This document shows positions 32,368-43,610 of a stretch of 64,000 nucleotides of DNA, one piece after another; the first letter of the stretch is position 1, and each line of letters opens with the position of its first letter. A program made the translations under genes and the position numbers. This stretch comes from an uncultured Prochlorococcus sp. Its GTDB lineage: Bacteria; Cyanobacteriota; Cyanobacteriia; PCC-6307; Cyanobiaceae. Location: NCBI GenBank assembly GCA_902620895.1, contig CACNJU010000005.1:20635-84634 (forward strand), in the 5' to 3' direction. The notes below the pieces were generated by a model. It searched no databases, was not told where the DNA came from, and worked only from the letters and a program-made list of their open reading frames with translations.

Positions 32368-33402
32368 TTATTGCTTGTCTAGTTGTCTAAGTTTTTTTGC
32401 TAATTCTGGTAATTTTTTAAAAATACTTGAACTCCTTAGCCATGATTTATTTCCCATCGCGGGGAAACCACTAATTACCTTTCCATCTTCGATATCACAA
32501 TGAATCCCACATTTTGAACTAGCTATGACATTATTTCCAACTTTTACTCTATTATTGACTCCTACTTGTCCTGCCAAAATAACACCATCTCCAATATTTG
32601 CTCCTCCAGCGATACCAACTTGAGCTGCAAATGCACAATTCTTTCCAATTTTAACTCCATGACCTATTTGTACTAAATTATCCAACTTTGTTCCCTCATC
32701 AATAAATGTAAATCCCACTGCAGGTCTATCAATACAACAATTCGTTCCAATTTCTACAAAACTCATTATTTTTACACCACCTTTTTGAGGCATCTTTACC
32801 CATTTGCCATCTTTAGGAATAAAACCAAATCCCTCAGATCCAATAACAGAATTTGAATTAATTACACAATTGTTCTTTAGAGTAGTATTTTCGTAAATAA
32901 CACAATTTGGATGAATTATATTATTATCTCCTATTCGAACATTGCCTAAAATTGATGATCCAGGAAGAATATAATTATTGGTACCAATTACAGTATTTTC
33001 TCCAATATAGACATTAGGCCCAATATGGCAATCTGCTCCAATTATTGCTGTTTTATCTATAACTGCTGAAGCGTGAATTCCTGGTTTGAAATTGATATTT
33101 TTATATAAACAATCCAATACTTCTGCAAATGCAATTCTTGGATTTTTAACGATTATGTTTGATATATTGAGTTTCTTTAGAACGCTGACGATTTCATCGT
33201 TGTTAATAGTTATTATTGCTGATGCTTTAGTTTGATCTAATTTTTCTTTGAGGATGTTATTTTCTTCTAAAAAAGATATTTGATGTTTAACTGCAGCATC
33301 TAATGAGGCAGCATCATCTATATTTAAATCTTCGAAAATATTGGCACTAATAAAATTTGAATTTCCTTTTTTTATTAGAACAACTAAATCACTTAAAAGC
33401 AT
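32368..33402 (-). CDS. lpxD: UDP-3-O-acylglucosamine N-acyltransferase
   Basis: Hexapeptide repeats, IGSEGFGF, KLDNLVQIGH. Confidence 0.95.
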   Translation of the reverse strand: MLLSDLVVLIKKGNSNFISANIFEDLNIDDAASLDAAVKHQISFLEENNILKEKLDQTKASAIITINNDEIVSVLKKLNISNIIVKNPRIAFAEVLDCLYKNINFKPGIHASAVIDKTAIIGADCHIGPNVYIGENTVIGTNNYILPGSSILGNVRIGDNNIIHPNCVIYENTTLKNNCVINSNSVIGSEGFGFIPKDGKWVKMPQKGGVKIMSFVEIGTNCCIDRPAVGFTFIDEGTKLDNLVQIGHGVKIGKNCAFAAQVGIAGGANIGDGVILAGQVGVNNRVKVGNNVIASSKCGIHCDIEDGKVISGFPAMGNKSWLRSSSIFKKLPELAKKLRQLDKQ

Positions 33403-33421
33403 TTTTCAGTTTTAATTTTTT

Positions 33422-34504
33422 CTAAGAGAGAGCAAGAACATCTCTATGTACGACTATTATCGAGGAGTTGTTATTTTCTTTATTATTTAAGATACTTCTT
33501 AATTTGTCGCTACTTATTGATACTAAACCTTTTGCAACTTCTTTATCATTTGTATTTACGATTTTAACTGCCTGATTAATCGCAAAGTTTCCTTCTACAT
33601 TCTTAACACCAACTGCTAAAAGTGAGGCACCTTTCTTTTTTATTGCAAAAGAAGCGCCATCATCTAAAGTAATTTTCCCTACTGTTTGAATTGCATGTGA
33701 AAGCCAACTTTTTTTGTTTCCGATAGGTTTTTCTACTGGATAAAATAAAGTTCCAATTTTATTATCATTAAAAATTTCAATTAAGTTTTTTTTATTAGTT
33801 CCATCAACTAGTTGGACTTCAACTCCTCCTTTTGTTGCTATTTCTGCAGAAATTAATTTTGTAGAAATTCCTCCTGTGCCCCATTCATTATTTGAGTTTT
33901 GAATATTTTTATCTTTAATTTCCTTTAATTCACTATTATGAACTTCTTTAATAGGTTGCGCATCTTTATTATTACGTGGATCTTTTGAGTATAGATTTTC
34001 AATATCGGTTAATAAAATAAGCTTGTTAGCATTTATAGCCAAGGCAACTAAAGCAGAGAGAGTATCATTATCTCCATATTTAAGCTCTTCATTTGCTACG
34101 GTATCATTTTCATTTACTATTGGAATAACATTCAAATCGATTAATTTTTTTAAAGTTTTAGAAGCGTTATTAAAGGATTCTCGTGAATTAAAATCAGCTT
34201 TAGTTATTAAAATTTGAGCAATATTATGACCTAATTTTTTAAATACTTTATCGTATAAGGACATTAAATTAACTTGACCCACTGCAGCAGTAGCTTGAAG
34301 TGTACTTAAATCATTTGGCCTCGTTTTAATATCTAATTTTTGGCAACCTAATCCAACTGCTCCACTAGTTACTAATATTATTTTGTTTCCTTTTGAAAGA
34401 AAACTTGTAAATGATCTCGAAAGGTTTTCAATAACTTCTTCTGTAGATGTTTCCTCTGTTCCTCTTAAAATACTAGTACCAATTTTTATAACCCAAGTTT
34501 TCAT
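33422..34504 (-). CDS. proB: Glutamate 5-kinase
   Basis: [34 protein letters not shown] domain. Confidence 0.96.
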   Translation of the reverse strand: MKTWVIKIGTSILRGTEETSTEEVIENLSRSFTSFLSKGNKIILVTSGAVGLGCQKLDIKTRPNDLSTLQATAAVGQVNLMSLYDKVFKKLGHNIAQILITKADFNSRESFNNASKTLKKLIDLNVIPIVNENDTVANEELKYGDNDTLSALVALAINANKLILLTDIENLYSKDPRNNKDAQPIKEVHNSELKEIKDKNIQNSNNEWGTGGISTKLISAEIATKGGVEVQLVDGTNKKNLIEIFNDNKIGTLFYPVEKPIGNKKSWLSHAIQTVGKITLDDGASFAIKKKGASLLAVGVKNVEGNFAINQAVKIVNTNDKEVAKGLVSISSDKLRSILNNKENNNSSIIVVHRDVLALS

Positions 34505-34995
34505 TTTATAAAATGAGAAATTAATTTTTCTATTGTCAAAGTTAAATTAAATTTTATAGGCAAGCCATCTCTATTTAATCGCTTAACTAATATTGTTTTT
34601 ACATCACATCTATTCCCAACAATAATATCTGTAAAAATTCTGTCGCCAATAATGGCTATATTTTTTGGCTCTCTGCCAATTTCTTTGATAACAGACAAAG
34701 TTACTTTTTTTCTTGGTTTTGATGCATTGTATTTATACCTTAAATTTAATTCTTTTGCTATTTTTGCGATTCTTTTTTTTGATGGATTATTACTTATTAA
34801 ATAAAGCGAGAACAGTTTTTTAGATTCTATGATCCAATTTTTTACAGCTTTTGGGATCATATTTGATTTTCTATTTACTAGAGTCCCATCCACGTCTAGC
34901 AATAAAGAATCAATTCCTTTTTTTTGCAACTCAGATTGAGAAATATTATATATTGGTAAGTTTGAATCCCAATTAACTTTTAGGATAGATCTCAT
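34501..34995 (-). CDS. YqeG family HAD IIIA phosphatase
   Basis: [24 protein letters not shown]. Confidence 0.9.
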   Translation of the reverse strand: MRSILKVNWDSNLPIYNISQSELQKKGIDSLLLDVDGTLVNRKSNMIPKAVKNWIIESKKLFSLYLISNNPSKKRIAKIAKELNLRYKYNASKPRKKVTLSVIKEIGREPKNIAIIGDRIFTDIIVGNRCDVKTILVKRLNRDGLPIKFNLTLTIEKLISHFIK

Positions 34996-35000
34996 TTATT

Positions 35001-35537
35001 TTAAGAACTACTTTTTTCAAGCTCAGTTTCAATTAAAGGTTGAATTTTATCAAACTCATCATCTTCAACTAATAAGGCTCCTTTGTCTTTTAATTTACCC
35101 ACAATAAAAAAAGGATCTAGTGGTATATATAAGCCATATTCTTGGTCAAAAAGATTAAAGTTAACGAGCAATTCATAACTCTCACTATCATCATCGACGT
35201 AATCTTCTTCTAATTCATCGTAAATTGGTTCTTCAAGTTCTCCTGATACTGTTAAAGTAACTGCTGATCTAATAAGTCTTAAATCATGTTCTTGTAGAAC
35301 AGCTTCAGCATTTTTTAGTATTTGTTCATTTTTATCTATTTTCTCAATTAGTTCATGTTCATCTTTTTCATTTATCTTAAAAAGACTTACTGGAGTATCA
35401 ACTGGCGTTAATAAAGCATACTCTTGGCCTTCAACACTTACTAATTGTTCAAGATAACAAAATAGCTCGTTTCCGTTTGAGTCATTTAATAAAAGAGTCT
35501 TTGCATCATAATTATCACTTGAATTGGCTTCTTTCAT
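35001..35537 (-). CDS. DUF3727 family protein
   Basis: YALLTPVDTPV, SAVTLTVSG, YIPLDPFF; conserved cyanobacterial position between ruvX and yqeG. Confidence 0.8.
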   Translation of the reverse strand: MKEANSSDNYDAKTLLLNDSNGNELFCYLEQLVSVEGQEYALLTPVDTPVSLFKINEKDEHELIEKIDKNEQILKNAEAVLQEHDLRLIRSAVTLTVSGELEEPIYDELEEDYVDDDSESYELLVNFNLFDQEYGLYIPLDPFFIVGKLKDKGALLVEDDEFDKIQPLIETELEKSSS

Positions 35538-35563
35538 TTAAAAATTATCTATTCTTTTTAATA

Positions 35564-36025
35564 TTAATATTTTATCTGACGTTTACCAGCTATTTCTTCT
35601 AATTCAGGACCTTCTTCGATCCATTGTTCAAGTATTATTTTTGCTGAAAAACTATCAATCAATCCGGATTTATCTTTTTTTATTCCAAATCTATTTGAAG
35701 ATTCCCAAGTTGAACTATGTTCGTTGACGTAAGAAAATGGAAGCTTTAATTCATTTGAAAGTAATTGACCGTAATTTTTACAGTCAATAGCTTGAGTGGT
35801 CATTTGACCTTCGTCATCTAGCGGAATACCCACAATAAACCCAGTCAAATTAAATTCATTTATATGATTTCTAATGATTTTAATCTCTTGATTATTTTTA
35901 AACCGTTTTACTGCTGGAAGTATATTTGATGTTATGCAGAGGGAATCACAATAAGCTAATCCTATTCTTTTGGTACCTATATCCAAACTCAAAATTGACT
36001 TGGGTTTGGGTTTGCAAAATTTCAC
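35564..36025 (-). CDS. ruvX: Putative pre-16S rRNA nuclease / Holliday junction resolvase-like YqgF
   Basis: [35 protein letters not shown]. Confidence 0.9.
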   Translation of the reverse strand: MKFCKPKPKSILSLDIGTKRIGLAYCDSLCITSNILPAVKRFKNNQEIKIIRNHINEFNLTGFIVGIPLDDEGQMTTQAIDCKNYGQLLSNELKLPFSYVNEHSSTWESSNRFGIKKDKSGLIDSFSAKIILEQWIEEGPELEEIAGKRQIKY

Positions 36026-37077
36026 TTTGTTTTTAATGGAAAAGGAGATGGATATGGATTACCTTGTGGACTTAATTTTTCAAAGATTGATTCCAAAGAT
36101 TGATTTATTATATTTACTTGTTTGGCTTCATTCTTAACTATTGTGTTCCTGATAAGAATTATTTCTTGATTTTTTTCTTTGAGATTACATTCTTCGAGAA
36201 AAAGATTTAATTGAGAATTTTCTTTATAGGTTTTTAAATATGAAACAGGTGATTTTTCAAAAAATCTTTTTATAAATTCTTTTAAAATAGAATTGAATCT
36301 CTTATCCCAATACCTACTTATAGTTAAAGTGTAAATTTCTTCATTTTGATAATTAATATCTTTTAAAATTGTACATAAAACTGAATTTTCATAAATTAAG
36401 GCACCACTCTTAGAGTTATTTCTTTTAAGAATGTCGTCTTGATCAAAATCTAAAATATTTCTTATCAAGGGAGATTGATTTGATCTAATGAAATTAACTA
36501 TTTTTAATATATTTTGTTTATTAATTGTTTGGAATTCATTAATTAATGAATAGGCATGGGTATTTTGATTTATGGATTTACTTAGATCAGAACCATCCCA
36601 AAGGATTATCTCTCCTAACGGTTGAAAGCCTAATTCTCTTGATGTTGATATGAGGTCAACATTATTTATATCAGCGTTAATTATCCAACTTGAAGTTCTG
36701 ATGTCTTTTATTGAGATGGATTTTTTTATCAATCCTAAAGTTAATTGTTTATCTGTTAAAGAACACTTGTTGTTAATCAACTTGGGCTTAGATATTTTTA
36801 AGCATGTCTCTTTGTTGTTTAAAGGAAAAATATTCAAATAACCAATAATTTCGTTTCCATGTATAGCAATTATGCATTTATTTTTATTTTTCTTAAGATT
36901 ATTTAAAAAAATTTTTAAGTCATCAAAGGTATTTATAATTGCCATTTTTAAAAACCAATTATTCAATTCTTTATTTTTAATATCTATTAAAAGATTAATG
37001 TGCCTTATATGGAGTTCTTCAAAAGTTACTTCCATTCCTTTTTTAGATTGAAAAGAATAAGAGGTATCTTTTTTCAT
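36022..37077 (-). CDS. Conserved hypothetical protein, possibly degenerate GNAT fold
   Basis: 351-aa ORF coupled to both neighbours; RELGFQP resembles a GNAT motif. Confidence 0.7.
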   Translation of the reverse strand: MKKDTSYSFQSKKGMEVTFEELHIRHINLLIDIKNKELNNWFLKMAIINTFDDLKIFLNNLKKNKNKCIIAIHGNEIIGYLNIFPLNNKETCLKISKPKLINNKCSLTDKQLTLGLIKKSISIKDIRTSSWIINADINNVDLISTSRELGFQPLGEIILWDGSDLSKSINQNTHAYSLINEFQTINKQNILKIVNFIRSNQSPLIRNILDFDQDDILKRNNSKSGALIYENSVLCTILKDINYQNEEIYTLTISRYWDKRFNSILKEFIKRFFEKSPVSYLKTYKENSQLNLFLEECNLKEKNQEIILIRNTIVKNEAKQVNIINQSLESIFEKLSPQGNPYPSPFPLKTK

Positions 37078-38244
37078 TTACTTTTTTTCTCTTATTAATA
37101 CTATAGGGGTTTTTTCATCTCCATTGCCAGCTGGATTTGATATTAAGTTCCTTTTGAGTATTTTATTTACTGTTTTATTTGAACTAGCTAAGACTTTCAC
37201 ACCTCCAAGATCATTAACATCTACAACAGCAACATCTATATTAAGATAGTTCGAGACCTCCTTACAAAATAAATCCGCATTGAGAGGACCCATAACTATA
37301 CTCTTGTCGTAAGGTGTAACTGTACCGCTTATATCATCAATGAGGGATGATTCTGAACCAGTTAACCTATAAAACATACCTTTAATTCCAACTAATTTGA
37401 AGAGAAATCCAACAATTATTGCAAAGGTTATTCTTGTGACTCCGATTTTATTTATTAATAATTGCATGCCGCAAGCTGTTGCGAGACTGCTTGTAGGGTG
37501 AAAAAAATAACATAAAGCTTTTGAAAATAAACTATATTTTAAATTTTGAGGAGAAACATATCTATTTTGCATGATGGCTAACGGACTCTCACCGATTGTT
37601 AAAATATCATTTTTTTCTACAATTCCTTTGCAGTATTCAATCACAGTATTTACTGGGTTATCAAAGCAACCAAGTAAATCAGTTTTAATAGCGAAAGCTT
37701 TATATTTATTATTTATTGGAATTTCAAAAACTTCTTGCGGCCTTTGTTTTTGACCATCTAAATTAATTAACAAACAATCCTTATTGTTTGAAATACCAAA
37801 ATGTCCATAGTGCTCCCAATATACTTTTAACCATAGATATTTTATTTTTTTTCTAAAATTATTATTGCTAAATTTATATATGATTCTTACTAATACTTCT
37901 GAATTTGACTTGATAATTGTTGTTGGCCAGTAATTATTTAAATTCTTAATTTTATTATTTTGATATATATAAATATCTTCTTGATAATTAAAATTTTGGC
38001 AATATTCGTTACCTTTACTTTTTAAAAAATCTAATTCAAAATTTATGTTAGATACCATTGTCTCTTTGGTTTTACTTTTATTAGTTATTTTTAGATCAAT
38101 AATTAATTCGTTTAAACCATCCTTTTTCTTGATTTTGTAATTTATAGGTACCAGATTTAACTTTGATTTCGGTGAGTTTTTAATATATAAATCTGAAAGA
38201 ATTAAAAAAATTAAAAGAACTAAGAGGATATTCATTAATATCAT
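37078..38244 (-). CDS. F420-0:gamma-glutamyl ligase (CofE)-like protein with N-terminal membrane anchor
   Basis: IGESPLAIMQ, IDDISGT, VVDVNDLG, NPAGN..EKTP motifs. Confidence 0.7.
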   Translation of the reverse strand: MILMNILLVLLIFLILSDLYIKNSPKSKLNLVPINYKIKKKDGLNELIIDLKITNKSKTKETMVSNINFELDFLKSKGNEYCQNFNYQEDIYIYQNNKIKNLNNYWPTTIIKSNSEVLVRIIYKFSNNNFRKKIKYLWLKVYWEHYGHFGISNNKDCLLINLDGQKQRPQEVFEIPINNKYKAFAIKTDLLGCFDNPVNTVIEYCKGIVEKNDILTIGESPLAIMQNRYVSPQNLKYSLFSKALCYFFHPTSSLATACGMQLLINKIGVTRITFAIIVGFLFKLVGIKGMFYRLTGSESSLIDDISGTVTPYDKSIVMGPLNADLFCKEVSNYLNIDVAVVDVNDLGGVKVLASSNKTVNKILKRNLISNPAGNGDEKTPIVLIREKK

Positions 38245-38252
38245 TTTTTTAA

Positions 38253-38801
38253 TTAATTTTCGTTTTTATCTTTTTTTTCAGAAATGATACTGTTGTATTC
38301 ATTAAAACTTTCTACAGAAAATGTCGTATCTTCTAAATCAATTCCTTTTAATTCTCCTATAACTTTGTTTAATTCATCGATATTAAGGATTCCATTTTTA
38401 TCATATTTAACTTCACCATCGCTATTTAAAATAATGGTTTGTGGAATTAATCCATTCCAATAATAATTAGGTTCATTTCTAAAATCAGACTTTTCTTTAT
38501 CCTGCAATTCATCAGTAGTTAAAGCAATGATATCTATATTATTTCTCCAGATTAAATCTAAACCAGATATTATCGGAGCCATAGCTTTACTATCTGAGCT
38601 ATCGTCCAGATAAAAAAATAAAACTGCGACTCTTTTATTTTTTAATGATTCCTGAAGAGATGTCTGAGGAGGAACTATAGCCCCATTTCCCGCGTATATA
38701 GGAAAGATGTTGCCATCGTAACTATCAGAATCTCTAGAGGCATTTGCTTTATATGGACTTAAGAAGATTAATGCTATTAGGATCCATTGAATTATTTTCA
38801 T
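38253..38801 (-). CDS. Thylakoid photosystem I accumulation factor-like, thioredoxin-fold lumenal protein
   Basis: Signal peptide, YDGNIFPIYAGNG, FYLDDSSDSK (no CxxC), IPQT. Confidence 0.7.
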   Translation of the reverse strand: MKIIQWILIALIFLSPYKANASRDSDSYDGNIFPIYAGNGAIVPPQTSLQESLKNKRVAVLFFYLDDSSDSKAMAPIISGLDLIWRNNIDIIALTTDELQDKEKSDFRNEPNYYWNGLIPQTIILNSDGEVKYDKNGILNIDELNKVIGELKGIDLEDTTFSVESFNEYNSIISEKKDKNEN

Positions 38802-38815
38802 TAAAGTTTAAAAAC

Positions 38816-40432
38816 TTACTTTGAACTTGATCTTCCTAATCCTTGAAGGATTCCTTTCCCAACTAAACCGATAGCTTTGCCAACGACCTTTGTAAGGAAA
38901 GTTACGAAAAGATTACCGATATATTTTACCGCAACTTCTAACTGCGGTGCTACGGCATCTCTTATCTCAACTAACAATGTAACTTGTTTTTGTAGCCATT
39001 CTAGATTCTCTAATTCTTTCTCCCTATTTTCATTTTTAAAGTATCGGGTAAATTTTTTATCGATAATATCAATATATTCTCGTTTACTCTCATACAAGTA
39101 GATAGGCATATAAATATAGTCATGCCATCGATTGTAGTTATTAATATTATTTCTAAATCTTTCAAAATTTCTTGTCGATTGTAATTCAGGATTTATAAGT
39201 ACAGACCTTAATTCAGGCCAAGAAGAACAAATATTAAAAATTTCAGAAGCTAATAAATTACAGTTTCTTATTGTCCAATTAGAAATTATATTTTCAAGGA
39301 TTAAAAACGATTCTGTTTCATATAGAGGGAGTAATTTTCCATCATAGACAAGAGCTTCATTTTTAATAATTGGCTCAATAAACATTATTGATTCATGTGA
39401 TTCTCTATCTATCTCTTCGCAACTTACTTCACTATAAATAAAATCATTTAATGAAATGGATTCGCCTCCTTTTTTTAATCGAAAATAACTGTCTGTGATA
39501 TTTGAAATTGTATTAACTTTAAGTTCTTTTATAAGAGAATTTAAATCATCCTTAAAATCTTCTTTCTTATAGTTTTCCTTAATATTTTTTACTAAATTAT
39601 CTAACTCATCTAACATTTTGCAAATAAGTCGTGATATGAATTCTTTCTTTATCCCAGAAAGAATTATTGATGAATTATTAAATTCAACCTGTAAGTTAGT
39701 TGAGCTATACTTTTCTTTTAGTCTATCTAAAATTAAATTCCATATTTCCGTAGTGTTTTTATCTTTAATGAATACAGTGTTCTTATTTTCAAGATTAATT
39801 TTATTTTCAGTGTAAACTGCCTCTGTATAAAGTTCTAGTGAATTACCCCATAAGAAAATTAGAAAAGATTTTGCCGTAATAAGTTCTCTTAATCTTCCTT
39901 TTAAAATGAATTTATAAAATTCTGGTGTTGAATCAGAGTTGACATATTTGAATATATAATTAGTTTCATAATCTATTTGTTTAAGACCTGAAGTTAGAAT
40001 TTTTTGACTAAAAGAGAGAGGCTTATTTTTGTTTAATCGAACTCGGGAATTATTTTCAATATCAAATACCCTTCCTCCATTTGAAATGGTATCGATAGAT
40101 TCAAGAACTTTTTCTGCACTGGGATTTAAAAGAAAACCTTCAGCATTTAATGATGGAGGGGTATTTGCTTCATAAACAAGTTCGCCAGAGAGAATTATAA
40201 GAAACTTTGAATCAACATATCTTTCTCTTAATTTCAATAGTTCTAACCTTATAAGATCTTCTGATTGGAAATTAAGAACATTCCATATAACTAAATCATG
40301 AGTTTTATCACCTGTTCCATTATTAAAATTGATGTCTAAATTTTGGTCTAGTGATGTTAACTTAAGCGATAAAGATTCTGCTATTAAACTTGGAGCAATA
40401 ATCAATATCGATTTTTTTGAAATTAATTCCAA
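38816..40432 (-). CDS. ycf55: Ycf55/DUF3685 response-regulator-like protein
   Basis: N-terminal receiver-like domain, GRLREL, QSTRNFERFRN, C-terminal GKAIGLVGKGILQG. Confidence 0.8.
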   Translation of the reverse strand: MELISKKSILIIAPSLIAESLSLKLTSLDQNLDINFNNGTGDKTHDLVIWNVLNFQSEDLIRLELLKLRERYVDSKFLIILSGELVYEANTPPSLNAEGFLLNPSAEKVLESIDTISNGGRVFDIENNSRVRLNKNKPLSFSQKILTSGLKQIDYETNYIFKYVNSDSTPEFYKFILKGRLRELITAKSFLIFLWGNSLELYTEAVYTENKINLENKNTVFIKDKNTTEIWNLILDRLKEKYSSTNLQVEFNNSSIILSGIKKEFISRLICKMLDELDNLVKNIKENYKKEDFKDDLNSLIKELKVNTISNITDSYFRLKKGGESISLNDFIYSEVSCEEIDRESHESIMFIEPIIKNEALVYDGKLLPLYETESFLILENIISNWTIRNCNLLASEIFNICSSWPELRSVLINPELQSTRNFERFRNNINNYNRWHDYIYMPIYLYESKREYIDIIDKKFTRYFKNENREKELENLEWLQKQVTLLVEIRDAVAPQLEVAVKYIGNLFVTFLTKVVGKAIGLVGKGILQGLGRSSSK

Positions 40433-40510
40433 GACTAGAATTCTTATCTCTTATACAAAATTAACTAACAATTACTGTAAACACCAGCCTTAAATCAATT
40501 TTTATACTTT

Positions 40511-41278
40511 TTAAGCGTAGTAATTTCTGTTTAAATTAAAGTCATTTAATCTGTCTGATGACAATACATTATTCGCTTCGTTTATCGTGAATTTATTTTC
40601 ATATAGAGCTTTACCTACAATTACTCCAAAGAGTCCAGAGTTTTCAAATTTTACTAACGATAATAAATCAGAAATTGAACCAACACCTCCTGAGGCTATT
40701 ACTGGAATATCAGTAATTTCAAGTATGCTTTTTATGAATTCTTCATTTGTCCCTTCTAGCGTCCCATCTGTATTTATATCCGTAACAATAAAACTAGCAA
40801 TTTTAAATGAAGAAAACTCCTTTACTAGTTCTGTGGCAAAAATATTAGATTCCTCAAGCCAACCCCTTGTACTAACTTTTCCATCTTTTGCATCTATCCC
40901 AACAATTATCCTTCCAGGAAATTTATTTGATAAGTTTTTAACTAGCTCTTTATTTTCTATTGCAGAGGTTCCCATTATAACTTTTTCAATACCATAAGAA
41001 AATAATTGTTCTATCCTTTCTTGAGACCTTATCCCTCCACCTATTTGAATAGGTATGTTAACTGTTTTTGCAATCTTTTTTATTGATTTATCGTTTGTCG
41101 GGGATCCTGTTTTTGCGGCATCTAAATCAACTATATGTATATATTTTGCCCCTTCGCTTTCCCAAAATTTAGCTTGCTCATGAGGCTCTTTGGTGAAGTC
41201 TTTTCTTTTATTAAAGTCGCCTTTAAAAAGCCTTACACACTTACCATTCATTAAATCAATTGCTGGTATTAGGTCCAT
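40511..41278 (-). CDS. hisA: Phosphoribosylformimino-AICAR-P isomerase
   Basis: IPAIDL..GKCVRL, HIVDLD, GGGIR, TDI..DGTL, ASGG. Confidence 0.96.
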   Translation of the reverse strand: MDLIPAIDLMNGKCVRLFKGDFNKRKDFTKEPHEQAKFWESEGAKYIHIVDLDAAKTGSPTNDKSIKKIAKTVNIPIQIGGGIRSQERIEQLFSYGIEKVIMGTSAIENKELVKNLSNKFPGRIIVGIDAKDGKVSTRGWLEESNIFATELVKEFSSFKIASFIVTDINTDGTLEGTNEEFIKSILEITDIPVIASGGVGSISDLLSLVKFENSGLFGVIVGKALYENKFTINEANNVLSSDRLNDFNLNRNYYA

Positions 41279-41370
41279 AGAATCATCCTTTTCATTAATT
41301 ACTTATTAGTAGTACTATTCAATATGTAATTCTATTTAAGATTACTACTTCAGTTAAATATTTTTTGAAT

Positions 41371-42292
41371 ATGAAAATTCTTGTAATGGGTGGTACTAGA
41401 TTTGTTGGCAAGTCTTTGGTAGCAAAGTTATTAATTAAAAATTATGATATTGATATTTTCACTAGAGGTAATAAAAGTAATCCTGAAAAAACAAATTTAA
41501 TTAAGGGTGATAGAAATAATTCAGAAGATATCGTCAAGCTAAAAAATAAAAAGTATGATTTTGTTTATGATATTTCTGGGCGAGAGTTAGAACAAACCCA
41601 ACTTCTTATAGAAAATTTAGATAACTCTTTTCAGAGATATATATATGTCAGCTCTGCAGGTGTTTATAAAGATAATTGTGAACTACCAATATCCGAACTT
41701 GATCCAATTGATCCAGATAGTAGGCACAAAGGAAAGGTTGAGACAGAAAATTGGTTAAAAAACCAAAAAATTCCTTTTACAAGTTTTAGACCTACTTATA
41801 TTTATGGACCAGGAAATTATAATAAAATTGAAAATTGGTTTTTTTGAAAGGTTATTTACTAAAAAAGCTATACCAATCCCTGGTGACGGCTCTTTAATTA
41901 CTCAGCTAGGCCATGTTTCTGATCTAACTGATGTAATGATTAGGTGCATAAATTTTGAAAATTCCAAAAATAATATTTACAACTGTTCGGGTGAAAAAGG
42001 AGTTACAATAAAGGGTTTAATTTATTTCTGTGCGAATGTTCTTGGATTAAACCAAAATGAGATTTCTTTAAGAACGTTTGATTATCAAAAATTAGATCCT
42101 AAATCTCGAAAGGGATTTCCAATTAGATTAAATCATTATCAGACTGATATCTCTAAGATAAAACGTGATTTAGAATGGGTGCCAACTTTTGATTTACTTA
42201 ATGGTTTAAGGGATAGTTTTGTGAAAGATTTTAATAATAAAAAAAATGAGGAGTTTGATGAGAATTCAGATAATATTCTTTTTAATTCGTAA
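41371..42292 (+). pseudogene. NAD-dependent epimerase/dehydratase (CSP41b-like RNA-binding SDR), frameshifted as assembled
   Basis: MGGTRFVG, YVSSAGVY, RPTYIYGP, TQLGHV; T7 run at 41839-41845 has one extra T between NWFF and ERL. Confidence 0.82.
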
Positions 42293-42805
42293 ATAGCCTA
42301 ATAAAGTCACAAAAGTCAGGATGAATCCTAACCAATAAAGAATCAAAGCCAAATTATTTAATAAGCTAATTTTTAACGGTGCAAAGAAGGTAATTACTGA
42401 AATAAAAAAGAAAAATGTTTTATATTTACCTAACATAGATGCTGGTAAACCGTCTTTTGTAGAGTTCCTCAGGCTGGAGATGATTAATTCTCTAAATAAA
42501 ATTAATGACAAAGACCAGAACGGTATAAAATTATTCTTACAAAGGAAGATTAAAGGAATTAAATAAAATACCTTATCACTTAAGGGATCAAGGATAGCTC
42601 CTAATCTGGTTTTAAGATTAAATTTCCTTGCAATTAACCCGTCAAAATAATCAGTTAAACCTCCAATAATAATTAATACAAAAACATAAAAAGGGATATT
42701 AATTTCTAAAAAAAGTATTAATGGAAATACAAGGAAAAGGCGAGATATCGACAATATGTTGGGAATATTTAATGCCAAATTTTTAAGATTTTTTCTTAAT
42801 AACAA
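42266..42805 (-). CDS. pgsA: CDP-diacylglycerol--glycerol-3-phosphate 3-phosphatidyltransferase
   Basis: PN..S..R and TDYFDGLIAR..G..LDPLSDK CDP-alcohol motif. Confidence 0.88.
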   Translation of the reverse strand: MLLRKNLKNLALNIPNILSISRLFLVFPLILFLEINIPFYVFVLIIIGGLTDYFDGLIARKFNLKTRLGAILDPLSDKVFYLIPLIFLCKNNFIPFWSLSLILFRELIISSLRNSTKDGLPASMLGKYKTFFFFISVITFFAPLKISLLNNLALILYWLGFILTFVTLLGYLRIKKNII

Positions 42806-42988
42806 ATCAGTTTTTGTATATAAAAAACATATTACACTCTCAACCCGCTTAAATTTTTAGTAAAAATTTTAAATGGTTTTTAATGCTAGATTCTAAAGTT
42901 TATTTAAATTTGAATCCTAAAGATTATAAACTCAACTTCTCTTTATGAATGATAATGTTTTATATTACAAAATTATTACTTATATCTA

Positions 42989-43600
42989 ATGCATCCTCAT
43001 AGCCTAAAGCTATCTCCAGAATCTGATTTGATAAATTCAATTAAAGAATATTCTATATCGAATAATTTATACGGGTATGTTTCTGGAGTGGTTGGTAATC
43101 TTAGAACAGTTTGTATTCAATGCCCAGGAAATCAAGAGATTAACAAATTCGAGGGAAATCTAGAGATAGTTTCTTTAAATGGACATTTTAATAAAGGAGA
43201 TGTTCATTTACATTTGAGTTTTGCAGATGAGGGATGTAATGTCTTTGGGGGGCATCTTGAGGAGGGATGTATTGTAAAAAAAGGTACTGATTTATTATTA
43301 CTATCTTTTGAACAAAAAATTATTAATATCTCAAGTAATGATTTATTAAAAAATGAGTCACGTGTAAAAGCATATATTTTAAAGGATTGTCCTTGGTCTA
43401 AAAGAGCAATTAGGTTGCTTAATTCTTTATCTATCCCTCATGAAGTTACTTTAATAGACAATGATGAGAGCTTTCAAAAAATAAAGGCTCAAAGTAGTCA
43501 TAATACTTTCCCTCAAATATTTTTGGATAGTAAATTTTTTGGAGGATATGATGAACTTTCAGAACAAGCAAAATTGGATAAGTTAATTTCATTTAAGTAA
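42989..43600 (+). CDS. PPC (DUF296) domain-glutaredoxin fusion protein
   Basis: EIVSLNG..HLHLSF...GGHL (PPC) followed by CPWS..TFPQIF..GGYD (Grx). Confidence 0.85.
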   Translation: MHPHSLKLSPESDLINSIKEYSISNNLYGYVSGVVGNLRTVCIQCPGNQEINKFEGNLEIVSLNGHFNKGDVHLHLSFADEGCNVFGGHLEEGCIVKKGTDLLLLSFEQKIINISSNDLLKNESRVKAYILKDCPWSKRAIRLLNSLSIPHEVTLIDNDESFQKIKAQSSHNTFPQIFLDSKFFGGYDELSEQAKLDKLISFK

Positions 43601-43610
43601 TCTAAATTTT

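Noticed and set aside
42883-42948. 21-codon ORF between pgsA and the PPC-Grx gene
   Set aside because: No motif or RBS, and it sits in a divergent promoter region; expected by chance
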